Positions 13,721 through 27,235 of a DNA stretch of 64,000 bases are shown here, piece after piece. The stretch comes from Camelus ferus (taxonomy: Eukaryota): NCBI RefSeq assembly GCF_009834535.1, contig NC_045696.1, positions 115,818,001-115,882,000 of the forward strand. The letters are read 5' to 3'. Within the stretch, counting starts at the first letter, position 1, and each line of letters starts with the position of its first letter. The notes beneath the pieces are model-generated. The model was given only the letters and a program-made list of their open reading frames with translations. It ran no database searches and was not told the origin of the DNA. A program made the translations under genes and the position numbers.

Positions 13721-16700
13721 AGATTCGGTTTCTGAGACAATGAGAAGACAATAGAGAGGGATATGCTAATATCTTTTTTTAATTGCTAATGAATGGGGTT
13801 TATAGGTTGTGAGCATGGAAAGTTATTAATATATTTACCTAACTACACCTTAGAGTTTCAGGTCTGAGACTCAATCTGTGAGCTGCTGTATCAGCCTCTC
13901 AACATATTTCTTTTCCATTCAATATTACTTTTGTTTGCATTCTTTTCATTTTCTCCATCCTATCCAGACCTTCTTCTCCCCACTTCTCAACTTTTTAGGA
14001 AAACAGAATAAAAATCGAATTTTTAATAAAAAAGTTAAGTCTCACTTCCAAAATCATTCATATAGATTTTTCTTGGCTTTTCTGGGAATTACATCAATGA
14101 ATCAGCCTAGTTTGAGTTCCATGGAACTGCAGCGAGCAATTAGACCACAGTCAAAGGTGACAACTCTGAGGAGAGAGAGAATGTGCTGACTTCTGCAGCA
14201 AATGTAGACGCATATGTTGCCGAACTGATTTGATTGCGGGATGATAATCCGTGCAACGTATTCCTTTCAAATTGTTCACAATCAACATTCGGTATGGATA
14301 ATACAAAAGGACATATGGGTTTGCCATCACCCTGTATCCTGTGCAAATGACTTTCTCTCAATTAAAGATTCATGGCATACTGTAAGTCATATCTCTTAGA
14401 GTTTATACATAATGTAGAAAACTCTTTTAACATGAACCATTTGCCAGTGGCAATCTCTTTTATACTATTTTAGCAGAGGCAATTCCTCCCTTGTGGTTTG
14501 TTTCAGCATATCCTATTAATTTACTAGTGGGTAATATTCTCATTTTAGCCACCTCTTGTGATAACATTAATTAGCAACGAGAAGCAAGCCCTTGTGGTCT
14601 GTACAATCTAACGTAGGTTTTCACTGTTTTATTAGCGTTTCTGACCTTGCCTTCACAATAGAACTGCTCAAAAAAAGGAAAGGAGCCTTATCTTCTCAGA
14701 CCCATGCCCTCCTGGTATCTGTTCTGAGCACAGCCGTGTGTACCAAGGAGATCGACAAGCTATTCCATTTCGCCTCCTTTCCTGTCTGGCTTTGAGGTAT
14801 TCTGTAAAGTATATTGTTCTTCATTCCCAACTGACCGAATTGTGCTGTTCTCAAAATCTCTCTGAATCTACCTTGTGCCAGAAACCGGGTACTTGCCAAG
14901 TGTTGTAGGTCACTTTGTATCTCTCTAAAGGAAAAAAGAGGGAGAAAGAAATTCTTCTCCTGCTTATGTGCTTAGGAAATGATTTGTCTTGAAGTATCGG
15001 CTAAGTCCTCAGGGTAAAGAGGAACCACAAAGGCAAATAAACGGCGTCAACGGAGCTAGGCTTACTTCTCTGTTGTGTGTGGAATCGGGGAATCAAGTTG
15101 AATGGTGTTTTAGTATCCATCTAGCCCAAATGTGCATAAATTCAAGTCCTTTCTCCAAAACCAGACTCTCTGGTCATAAAGCCCCCAACCCCTGTAAGTC
15201 CCCAAACAGCATCTTGCTGACTGATGCTTGATCAGGAATTTGAACAGCTCCCTTTCTCCTCTGCCCACTCAGATGGAGCCCTTGAGGCTAAACATATTAA
15301 TAATGAGTGTCTTCCTTCATCCAACCCCAACCAATCTAGCCAAGATCTTAAGAACACCACCCCCATGAGCAGGCAAAGTCTGAGGTTAGTTGCATGGCTA
15401 TGAGCATAGTATATGGTAGCCTTTGGGGTGAGCCCTAAGCAGCTAAGTGCTCTGGGGAGTTCAGGTTTCCCCCAGTTTCTGACATACTTTTCCAGAACCG
15501 TGACTGGTCTTGTCCCCGATTACTCAGAAAGAATTCCAATCTCATACATGGGCTGAGGTCTTTCCCTAAGTCCAGCCTCTTTCATGTGGAATCCTGAAAT
15601 TTGAGCTTTTGATAGATTCTCGACTTTGGGAGGCTAAATGCTCTCTTAGTGCCACAAAGTCAAGATCTTCTAGCGTATTTAGCTAACCCCTACCCAGCTG
15701 CATTTTTCTTCTCTCTAATATGGAAGCAAAATAATGCATCTTGTTCCTCTGAAGATGGGATGCCTTCCAGTGAGCAGAACATTGTTTTCTCCTGAGAACA
15801 GAAAACTAAATTATGCCTTTGTTCTGAATAACTTCACAACTGTTAATGTAGCATAAAAGAATATCAAGTCTCCTGGAAACTACATCATGCTGTTAACTTT
15901 TGAACTGACAAAATGTAGCAGTTCAACAAATAGTAGGTATTTGGTAATTGGTAGGTCATTTTCTATACATAGATTAAGTCAGGTATCTTTCATTGAGTTC
16001 TTGTGCAGGTTGGTTTTACGAATCTAGAAATTTGCAAGTATTCATTATGTATTTTATTTTGTTTTATTCAGTTTATCATTCTTTTTTCATTTAGATACTT
16101 GCACAAAGGTTTACTTTATAAATCGCATTATTTAGATTTTAATCTGTGTCATCTAAAAAGCTAATAATCATGTTTCCTCTACACTCATTTGAATTATTGG
16201 TTAAATTTAGGACTAAATGTAACCAAGGATGAAGCCTATCTTTTGCCACAAGAGCCTTCCTTCCAGGTTTTTTAATCTAATCACCAACATGTTGGAGTCA
16301 TCATAATTTAATGAATTGCAGATTATAAATCTATGTCACGGTTTACTGATCTCATTTCAAGGATGCAATGAGATGGTTTGCCAAAACTCTGGGGTTGTTT
16401 GAAGATTCGTCCCCACTTTATAAATAAGGAATTGAAGCTCAGTGAAATTAAGAGGTAATACTTGTTCATCTCCTATCTTCCAGAAGTTCTGCTGTTCTCA
16501 AAAATGTCTTAACTAACAGTGATTTAATTCTTTATTCATTCATCATAAAACTAGTGTTCAGTGACTCTGTTAAAGAGCTTCTTCAATTTCACTTACTAGC
16601 CTAGGACATAACTCCCTGAAAACAGCAGTATCCTGTCCTATAAATTTCCCACAAAACTGTGGCTATATGATCAAGAACTTGGCCTTCATTTCTTCACACC

Positions 16701-17099
16701 CAGAGCCTAACACAGTCTAGCTAACAGTAGACACTAAATAAATCTTTGCCAAAAGAAAAGTTGCTATCTCTTCCCCAATGTTAAGCTTCAAGTCTGTCTT
16801 TAACTGCACCTGCGCTGTCATTTTGAACTTAAAGCTAAGTCCCTTTGGCAAAAGACATAGGTACAAAATAAGAACCAAGTAGTCCCATATTCTCCATTTC
16901 ATCCTTTTTCATTTTCTGCCCTAAGGTAAAATCTTGGCCCTTCTTGACTCTAAAATAGTTAAGAGGTTCTATTGATTGGTCTTTGCAATTATTCAATGAA
17001 ATTAGAGCTTTAGTTTTAGTCATATTATTTTTATCTCATATAATAACTATTCTTTTTCTTTATAAAGTTTACCAATAATGTTCATGTTAAAATAAAAAA

Positions 17100-17225
17100 T
17101 ACTTTGACTGATATTATACCTATCTCATAATGATGAAACTTGGACATTGAGAAGTAATACAATTTTTTCAAAAGTATAGTGATGGCATGTTTGTGAATCA
17201 AGACTCAAATCCGTGACTACCATCT
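17100..17225 (-). mobile_element. MIR fragment
   Basis: attatacctatctcataatgatgaaacttggacattgagaagta...gactcaaatcc. Confidence 0.5.
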
Positions 17226-18039
17226 TGGGCAACTGTGACCTTCCACTGCCCTTTAGCTACCTTCAGAACTCTTTTGAAACCACATCTGATTAAATACCCC
17301 CTTTTCAGCCTCTGTAAGTGTCCTTGGAAAAGTAGGTTTAAGTAAAAATTTGTCTATGGAAATAAACTGGTCTCCATGGATACCTCCTCATTCACTTTGT
17401 CATTTAGATCATTTATATATTCAGCATTTGATTTTTGCATACTTCTGTCCAGCTTGAATCATTTTGCCTGTACTCCCAGGCCATGAGAATGCTAGGTTTC
17501 TTCAGACAAGGCTTTTGAAAATTGGCCCTACAGAGCAGTCCCCCTTAACAGTCTCAAACGTCAAGAAGTAAGAAAATTTCTCACAAGGTTTTTATCATAT
17601 CTTATTCTTTAATATACTTTCATTTTTAATGCCTGAACTTGCAATGATTCTATTAGTCTCAACTTCTCTGTATTAAACACTCAAATTTCTATTACTTTGA
17701 GAGGCTTCTGATTTCCTGATGGAACCCTGACAAAAGCAATAACCTAGAGAAAATTTAACCTATGAGTTCTGGGAAGCATGTGCAAGAATTTTCATAGAAA
17801 AAAATAGCAAAACGCGCAGTAATAGGAGGGGAGATTTTAAAAGGGTTAGATCACAGGAATGTTGTCCTCTTTATTACAAGAGGTTATAAAGTGAAGTGAC
17901 CAGAAATTAAGACTTCCCAACATATAATATTATTGCTGTCAATGATTTATGTCATCCCTATTAAACAGAAAGTTTTGGAAATTTAGCTATTTTAAACCAC
18001 ACCAAAAAAAGTTTATAAGTATTATTTTTACTAGTGTTA

Positions 18040-18190
18040 TTATTATTGTGATTATAATTAGAAGTAGCATTTTTCCCTTTGAGGATTCAGTAAGTTTAAG
18101 AAACTTGCCCAAGATCACAAAACCTGTAAGCAGTAGGTAAAGCAGATTCAAAATCCAGATTTTTCTGTCTTCAAATCTAGGCTTCTTTTA
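18040..18190 (-). mobile_element. MIR fragment
   Basis: MIR core aacttgcccaagatcaca...agattcaaaatccag. Confidence 0.7.
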
Positions 18191-18669
18191 CGTAAGAAGT
18201 TAAGACCGTAAGACAGTTTCCTTTCTTACTTCCTCTGTCCTCTGAAAGTTAAAAGTATTGGGTCTCCTGCATTCAAGGGTTTTTAGAAATTTTAGGAAAA
18301 AATACCTCTGCTGCTGAATTCCTGCATCATATATGCTCCCCTAACCCTAAATGAAGCTTTCTTTACTTCTTTGGTGATGAAAGTACGTATTCATACACCC
18401 TCTAAAACTGAACATTAAAGCTATTCCACACACTAAGGTCTTAGCTTAATTATCACTTTATCCTCCCCCTGAGGGAAGTACCCCTGAGTGTGGCTATTCA
18501 GAAAAGCAACATATTAAGTCTGAGAGTCCTAGGGGTTGTCTGTTGCCTTTATCACACCTTCAAATTGAAATACTCCTTCAAAAACTAAGCTAATAAAAGC
18601 TCTGGTAAACTTTTGTAGAGACATTCCATGAATGGGAATAAAAGTACCCTCTTTGGGCTGATTGCCCAA

Positions 18670-18812
18670 TATGCTACATTCTCCATTTTGACCAGTGAAG
18701 AAAATGAAGTTGAAGAAGGTTAAGTAGCAAGTGTAAGATCACACAGTTAGCTGGCACATGGTAGAGACAGTTTTCAAACCCAGGTCTGTCTGGCTCTAAA
18801 GCTTATGCTCTT
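18670..18812 (-). mobile_element. MIR fragment
   Basis: ctccattttgaccagtgaagaaaatgaag...gatcacacag...ttcaaacccaggtctgtctggctctaaagc. Confidence 0.75.
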
Positions 18813-19159
18813 TTCATGATAAGAGGCCATTTCTCATATTTGTATCTCCCTGCCCCCTCATGGGAATTCCTGTTGACTATGCAACTAGTCGTCCAGGATG
18901 CAGAGACCTGGAAATCTACCTTCGTCTTCCCAGGCTCAGAGCAACAGAACTCACACTACCTGAGAACAGAAAGGGCAAATACCATCAGATCTTTCTGGTC
19001 TGATAGAGAAAGAAGATGTGCTTAAATGGTGTAGTTCACAAGAATGCCACCTTTGTTGCTATCTAGAAGAAGAAAATGAAGTGAACATTAGACCATCAGT
19101 GTAGAAATCTACTGTCGATGCTTTTTTTTTTTCTTCATAATTACATGGCAATTTTCTTG

Positions 19160-19342
19160 ATTCCTCACAACTATCTCATACATTTGATGTTCTTATCATT
19201 GTTGTTAATATTATTTTCTTTTTACAGATGAAATTAAAAGAGTTCAAAACGACTTGCCCTAGGTCACACAGCAACTACCATAAGCAATAGTCCAGATTCA
19301 AATTTCCCATTTTCCGACTCCAAGTCTGAACTTTTTCCACAA
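19160..19342 (-). mobile_element. MIR fragment
   Basis: ttcctcacaac...ttttacagatgaa...gacttgccctaggtcacacagc. Confidence 0.75.
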
Positions 19343-22300
19343 TATTATGCAATTTGTAACTAATTAGCACTGAAATATACAATTCCATTTGCATCCCAAT
19401 AGAACCATTAAAACCTACTCTGAAAGAGCAGAAAATAGGATGTATGTCTGATAACTTGGAGGTAAAGAATCAAAGAATCACAGAGTTTGATTACAAAATT
19501 GCCACATATGCTTGACCCATGATTTAATACAATCAATTTTGGCTCATACTTTGACTAGCATTGCAAGGAAGTGGATTTGTACTTTTTTGTTGAAGCTCCT
19601 CCCATAGAATTACCCCAATGTTGGGAATTAGCCTTCATGTACAACTAAATGGAGATGATGAGGTCCAATACTAAAAGAATAAGGTCAGTAATTAGCTTAA
19701 CATGGGCAAGTGGAAAACTGTGGTCAGGAAATAATCCCAGGGGTCAGGACCCAGGAATCCCAGAAACAAATCAGGAAACAAAATGCATAATGGGTTAATA
19801 TTCAAGAGGCAGACCATGCTTGATGCCAGGGAAAATTCTCTTTGTGTAACAGCCATGGGGCTTCTGGACTGCCCTGCTTAAGGACATACGGGAGGAGCAA
19901 AAGTAAAAGTGTGATTGAGGAAATAAACACCATAGATTATTTCTATGAAAGTAAAGCCTAACAGATTGGTTTATTTAACTTCTTTATGAGTTGGGAAGTG
20001 GAAATACTGGAAAAACAGTTTACTTAAAGTTACTCAATCTTATACCTGCCCAGTTTCCAGCAGTGACAAAAGAACCCTCAGGCTCCATGAAGAACATTTT
20101 CTAGTCCTAATACGAGGACGGGTACCTATGATTTTCTCATCCTCAATGAAACAGGACTAACAGTGAAAAAGCATCCCTATTTTTCCATTTTCACATTGAG
20201 AAGTACATTTTCATATCTTTTCCCCAGATCTTCTGAAATACATATTCTTTTTTTGTACAAGGGAAAGTGTGAATGGACATGCAATGAATCTTAAGAGGAA
20301 AAAAAAAAAAAAACACGGGATTAACATTCTCTTAGAAGTGACTGAGAACATCAAGAGAAAGAGATTGTAATTTTTTAAACAAAGGGTTAATCTAATATTC
20401 ATCTAGCATTTGAATATCTGGCACTGTATCACATATATACAATTACAAATGACTTTTATATAACACCTATACAATTATAAAATTATCCAGTTCATCAGTT
20501 TGGTCCAAAAGAATCCCCATTCTTTAATACAGCCCCAGTAACTTTTCTGGAAAAGAAAACAGGGCAGGTTTTAGAAAGACTCAGTCCCCATGTAATGAAT
20601 AATTATCCATACCATATATTTATCAGAAGTTAGATCCGAATGCAGTGTACCTAACCGCCAGCTGCCAAGAGTGACTGACACGTTTGGTAATTATAATACA
20701 ATTTTGAAGGGAATATACTACCAGTTTGACATCTGGAAATCGGAAATCTAAATACTTACGCAAGTCTCTAGTGAAGATGTGTTTCAATTCGTATTTATGT
20801 CAAGCCTTTTCTAATGCCATTTTTAAAGTCACTTTCCATTTTTAAAGGCAGGCTTGCTGAATCTGCTGTCACTGCAACTCAGATCCCATAGTTCACAAAC
20901 AGTGTTAATCCAACTGGTTCATGGTGCAGCCAATCCCATTGTTTAGGGATGAAAAAACAAACTAGGTTCACCTTGAGAACAAACATTTTTTAACAAAATC
21001 ACATTTGATTATGTAATTATTCTGAGGTCTATTAATTAAAGGAACACTGATGTAACTTCTGATGAACATATAAGTCCACATATGGCCCCGTTCTGGTGCC
21101 AGAAATGTTGACTGGGTGTGGTTGAGGAAGAGTATTTAGTAAGAAAACACCAATGGACTAGTGATGTTTTAAATGAATGTGCGCTATACAGAGAAAGATA
21201 TAATTGCAGAAATCTCATTCACCAGTGCCATATGTCTAAGAGGACATGGTACTATTTCTACTTCACATGAGCATTCTTTTGTGGTTTTAATAACAGCAAT
21301 GTTAATGGAAGAACTAACTTAGCGACCTATTCTAGTGAGCATTTCGATGAAGCTCCTGATTTTTGAAAGGATTATGTTCTAGTTTGGTTAGTCTTTGCAT
21401 CTGAGATGCCCATCGACCACTCTCTACCAAGAGAGAGAAACGGAGCTGACAAAAATTCAAACGTTGCTGTAGAGATCTCACCCAGAATTACTCTGGAAGA
21501 ACTTTGTTAGAAGTTTTATCTCAGTAAAATCCTAAAAGAAATTCCCTAGGGATACTTTGATTTATCCAATACAAAACAGAGAATATCTTGGAGACACCAA
21601 AGTTTTTGTCGAATACACTTTCAATTTTAATTTGTTCAAAAGTAATGTAAAAATCTCTTTCGTGGAACATGGTCAGCTTCTCATTTTTAAGATGAAATTG
21701 ATAGAGAAAATTTCATTTGCTAAAATGCTAGATGGGGATACCATGTACATATCTGGGGAAAAAAATACTTCGATAAGCTGATTTGGGCTTAGATCCTAAG
21801 AGCCTGCTCAAATAGACAAAGAGGACCACTCAGTTGCTACCTGTAACATGGAGCAACATAGTAAGTAGAGGTGCTTTTACATTTATTTAAGTACATAAAT
21901 GGACAAGGGGATAAAAATCTGGAGTAGTAGCAAGGCAAGAGTAGAGTTTTCAACATGGTAGAGGAGAGAGATATCTAGAACTTTCTAGGAGGATCTGGTG
22001 AGGAAGAAACAGAAGCCTGGAAGTGAAGGGAAAAGAACCCCCTTTGAGGACACAATTCAAAAGCTTTGGAATAATAAGAACGGTTGCTGGGATGCATGAT
22101 GAAAACCTGTTGTCTGTCCGCTCTACGAATTCTTGAGAAGATAGTGCATTCTTTCCTAACACTATTCTGCTCTGCATAGCGAGGCCATAGGGAGCAAGAA
22201 CAGAACCAGCACGAGCAGCCCCATGAACAATGGTGAAGGCAGGGCTGACATGTGGCCACATAAGCAGACCCAATATGGCACTGCAGCAAAGCAAGGCGAG

Positions 22301-22469
22301 GCTGCAAAAAAATGATTCAGTTCTCATTTCTCACTTCTTCTGCTCTACTGTGTTTCATTAATCCATTTCCTAATCATTTGCAGCCACCAAATTGTGCTTA
22401 CATGCTTCATAGCTCATGAACTTTAAACACATTTTTTAAAAGAACATTCTTAATCCATTCTTTGCTATA

Positions 22470-22710
22470 GAATAGTCTCCTAAAATAGAATCACAGAAAA
22501 TGTGTCCTGTGGAACGTACATGGCTCTTAAATGAACAAAATGTTCTGTGGTCAAATAAATTTGGGAAATCCTAGGTTAAGTGGTCTCTTCACCAAAAGAC
22601 TCTCCAGAACCTCTTCTAGGTTAATGTGCATTGGAAATATCCCAGAAGAGGTCATTGTCTGTGCAACACTTTCTTAATTTACTTGACCCCAGAATTCTTT
22701 TCTCTGTTAC
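22470..22710. mobile_element. hAT-Charlie non-autonomous element (MER103-like)
   Basis: Internal inverted repeat ttctgtggtcaaataaatttgggaaa (about 22543-22568) versus tttcttaatttacttgaccccagaa (about 22670-22694). The family name is from recollection. Confidence 0.55.
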
Positions 22711-23449
22711 TGTCTCTTGGAACTGACATGGAGAAGAATCCTTTATGAGAAATGCAGCTAAAAGGAAAAAAAAGATGCTACCTTCCGTATTTTATAGTGC
22801 TCGAACAAGAAGACATCACACATTCATGTCTTTTAGCAACAATAGCCAACACTGAATTTTCCTTTTTACATAAGAGGAATCTGTCCCACAGATATGTCAA
22901 GTGCCTTAGCCAAGATCACACGTGTGTTCTTTGGCTTATAGGAAAAAGTACGTTTTCAAGCCTGTTTATGAGGTTTCAGATATTTGCCCGCAATATACTA
23001 GCCAAAAACAGGTCCCAAGTACATCAGAGTATACTGATTCTAGACACATTCAGGCTCCCAAAACTTGGTTCCTTCTGAAGTTTACAGCTACTGCCACCCT
23101 TCTTAATTTCACACCACCATGGATCAAAGGCTCCCAAATACCTGCTAGTGCCTTAGGTTAGAAGGCAGGACCATAAGAAGGACCCAGTAGTGGGCACAAA
23201 AGTTTGAAATTGAGAAGGTCAAGCAGTCTGGTGGGAACAATGTTCTCAGTACAACTCAGTGACCAACCAGAAGGACATGAACATCTTTAGGTTCATCTGC
23301 TAGTTTCTTCATGAGAAGGAGCAAAAATGGTTTATGATATACCCTACCCCTACCTCCACAGGTCTTTGGGGAAGCAGGCAGGTCTGAAGGGGCTGCTGAA
23401 ACATGGCGTGTTTGCAAGCTTCTGTGGTTGGGTCTGTTCCTTGCACCGT

Positions 23450-23452
<3 letters not shown>

Positions 23453-23512
<60 letters not shown>
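23453..23512. repeat. (AC)30 microsatellite
   Basis: Uninterrupted 60-bp AC run. Confidence 0.99.
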
Positions 23513-23518
<6 letters not shown>

Positions 23519-23599
23519 CCTGGCTATTCTTTCTCAGCCTGTTGACATCAGAGTCACTGCAAAATATCAAAGATGCAACTGATGAATCAATATATCATG

Positions 23600-23785
23600 G
23601 GAGAAGAGGGCATAGCTTTTAATAGATGTTAAGAGATGGACTGTCTGAATTTGAATTCTGCCTATGTTGTTTTTTTTAATTTTGTGAACTAGACAAATGA
23701 CCAAATTTTTTTTATACCTTAGTGTCCTCGTCTGTAAAATGAAGACACTGAGCATTGTTGTAAGTAATAAAGGAGATGACACATT
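23600..23785 (+). mobile_element. MIR fragment
   Basis: ctgaatttgaattctgcc...cttagtgtcctcgtctgtaaaatgaaga. Confidence 0.65.
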
Positions 23786-23794
23786 TTTTTAAAG

Positions 23795-24175
23795 ATGTAT
23801 TCCCCCAGATGCTGACCCTGAGAAAGATCTTTGAGGGCAAATAGTTTATTTGGGAAGTGATTTCAGGAAGCACAGCTGGGAAGTAGAAGAGTGAACCAGG
23901 GAAGGGAAGGAGGCAAATTAAGGCAAGTTGCTGCTGTGATCAAATAGAACTTGGTCCCACTGGGGAATTCTGGGAGACAGCACAGAACACAGCTGAGTTA
24001 TTCTGACCAAGGGCGAGGATGCTGCAGTATTATCTACCAATACTCTGTCTATTGGTTGAGGGCTATTTCCAGGGTTATTAATTCTCCAGAACTTCCGCCT
24101 TTTCCTATTTGTATACTTAGTGGGGTCCTGCATCCAGAAGAAGTCTCAAATACAGAGAGCCACAGGTTTTTCTGA
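23795..24175 (-). mobile_element. Old MaLR-type solo LTR (MLT1N/O-like)
   Basis: gctgaccctgagaaagatctttgagggcaaatagtttatttgggaagtgatttcaggaagcac. Confidence 0.55.
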
Positions 24176-24869
24176 AAGCAAATTTGGTAAGAAGAGGTGA
24201 ATCCTAAGAGCCTTTGCTACACATAGAAAGTATGTGGAAAAGTGCCTTACATATATTAAATCCCGTTAAAATCTAGGTCTTATTATTACTTTCCAGTTCA
24301 AACATTTATATTAATCCCAGTGTTTAAAAATCATTGTCCTTTTCATTGACTCCATTCATGACCTAGATTTCTCAGAAACTCCTGACTTTTATTTCTGACA
24401 ATTTGAGCTTTCCAAAACTGAATTACTCAAGAGTTTTCCAAACATGCCTCATGTTTTCCCACTTCCATGTTTTGTATACATTTTTTGCTTCACTTGAAAG
24501 CCAAAATCTTGCATCATTGTATGTCTGAATCCTTCTTTTTCTGCCAGATCCCTATCAAACATGTTCTTCTATAATTTTTCCAGGAATGTCTTCTCCCCCT
24601 CATGTGAAAATCCATAGTATTTTACCTGCAATTCTCTTTAAAATATTTATCACTTTTGCTCCCTGTGAAAAGGCATTCTCTTACCCCAATAAAAGTTCAG
24701 TTTTTAAAAACAAGTTATGTGTTTTACATTTTATCACATGTCCCCTTTCAACGCTATTAAATGAATGCTACTCTGTGTCAGAAGTTATAATTAAAAGTTG
24801 GGCTGGAAAGAAAGTTTAACGATGAGCTAAAAGCCAGTTTTGGAACTATAAATCTATATGGCTTTTATT

Positions 24870-25073
24870 TCTAAGAGATGGTGCTCAGAGACAAGACAAA
24901 GGTGTCTGTTCTTGCCATATCTATTAAACATTGTAACTAGCCAGAGCAATTAGGCAAGAAAGAGAAATAAAATTATCCAGGTCAGAAAGGAAGAAGTAAT
25001 ATATATATATATATATTATATATATAAGTATATATATATAAGTGTATATATATATATACACCTCCTAAAAAAT

Positions 25074-25105
<32 letters not shown>

Positions 25106-26085
25106 AATTAGAGCTAATAAACAAACTCAGCAACACTGCAGGATGCGAGATCATTTTACAAAGAACAATTCTATATTCATACATAAGCTCTGAATAATCT
25201 GAAAATGAAATTAAGAAAACTATTTCACTTACAATAGCATAAAGTAAGATATTGAGAAATAAACTTAACAAAAGATGTACAAATCTAGTACACTGAAGAC
25301 TACAAAACATCACTGAAAGAAGTTAAAGATAACCTAAGTAAATGTAAAGATATCTCATGTTCATCGATTGGAAGACTTACTCTTGTTAAGATGGCAATAT
25401 TCTACAAATTGATGTACTATAGCTTCAACCCATTCTCTTTCAAAATCATAGCTGACTTCTTTGCAGAAGTTGGCCAGCTGATCCCAAGATTCATATGGAA
25501 ATCAAAAATCCTAGAAGAGCCAAATCGATCTTAAAAAAAAAAGAACAAAGTTGGAGGAATCACATTTGCTGATATAAGAATTACAAAGCTAGAGAAATAA
25601 AGATTGTGTGCTAATGGCAGAAGTGTAAACAAACAGATTTATGAAATAGAATTCAGAGTCCAGAAAATAAACCCATGCATTCATGGTCAATTTATTTTCA
25701 ACTAGGGTGCCAAGACAATTCAATGAGGAAAGAATAGTTGTTGTTTTTTTTCTAATAAATAGTACATGCTACAACATAGATGAAACTTGGAAACATTTTA
25801 AGGTGATATAAGCCAGATTTAAAAGGCCCCATATTGTGTTATTCCATGAACATGAAATTTCCAGATCCATATGTATAGAAAGTAGATTAGTTATTGCCAG
25901 GGTGGGGTGGGGAGGGAATGAGGAGTGACCGCTAACATACATGGGGTTTTGCGGGGGGATGATGAAAATGCTCTGGAATTAGACAGCGGTGATGGTTCCA
26001 TAACCTTATGAATATACTAAAGCCCAAAAAACTGAGTATTTTAAAAGGGTGGTGTTTATGGTACATGAATTATATCTTCATTTTT
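24870..26085 (+). mobile_element. Old L1 (L1MB/MC-like): ORF2 RT-region remnant joined to its 3' end, carrying (TA)n and (CA)n tracts
   Basis: ctagccagagcaattaggcaagaa (LARAIRQE) and catgttcatcgattggaagact are ORF2-like. The 3' end has acatgctacaacatagatgaaac...gatgaaaatgctctggaattagacagcggtgatgg. Microsatellites lie at about 24998-25059 and 25074-25105. Confidence 0.85.
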
Positions 26086-27235
26086 CTAATAGTGGTGATT
26101 CTCATTCTAAAAAGGAAAACACTCATATACAGGGGAAGTTGATCCAAAAAGTCAAGTAAGTTCTTTTCTCTGCCTCTTTGGTTCCTGAATGCTTTTTCTT
26201 AATTGATTCCTTAAACAAATTTCTACTTTGTGCCAGATAGTATCTTTGATGACAGGCATACAGAAGCATAGAACCAGAGATAGTTCCTCCACTCATGGAA
26301 TTCACAATCCAACTCTAAAGAGAAGTCAATGAAATCCATGCCAGAGTGGGGAGAAAGGAAAAAGAATGCAATTCACAGCAAGGCTTGAGCCACTCAGCCA
26401 AGTTTGGGGCTTAGCCCACTTCTGGTCCTCAAAATTCTCAAATGGTTTTCAACCCTGGAATCGTACCCACTGCTTCCCCTACCCAACAGTGAGGATGGAC
26501 CTTGATGAAGTGAGCAGCATACTGATGGCCCACAGGACAGATGCCACCCCGATTTACTTCCCACCTCTGAAGCTGTGCCTTTCTAGAGTGATACCCAAGT
26601 TAAACAATTAAATCTCTCCATCCAGTTGAAAACTTCAGAAAGAGCTCACACTGAGCTATGGACATTGTCTCTCTGGTTCCTTGAAGGAAGGGACCCAGCC
26701 TTTAAAGACACCTGCTCTAAAACTGTGCACTCTTGCTACTGCTTGGATCATCTCCACATCCCACCCTGTTTACCTATGTCATGTCCAATTTTGAAATCCC
26801 ATTCTCAGTACATTTTCCCTTAAAGTTTATCCGTGTTATGGGAGGGAAGAGGCAGTGTCATTCTCAACATCAGCCTACAAAGTGCATATGTGTGACCAGC
26901 ACGAGCCTTGCACATGCACAGAAAATTCTTGCAGAGGCAAGAGAATAGGAAAAGGAAGTTTGGGGGCTTTTTTGGAGACTTTTTTTTGATAGTTACTGAA
27001 TGCTCTATGACTTACAGTAAATATCACAGGTACAAATCCTTGGTTTTAAACTTTCAGAGTGATCACTGTCTGATCTTCAAAACAAAATGGACCAAAGAGC
27101 CCAAAGAGCACAAAACAACAAAACAAAACCAGATTTACACGCAATACACACAAGTGAGGCCATGGGCTTTCCAATCTTCATATTCCAGACTGTGCATGAA
27201 AACACCTATAAGTTCTTTGATCAAACTACTTGGAG

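Noticed and set aside
23256..23622. ORFs with CVCV or HTHT runs
   Set aside because: They are translations of the (AC)30 microsatellite.
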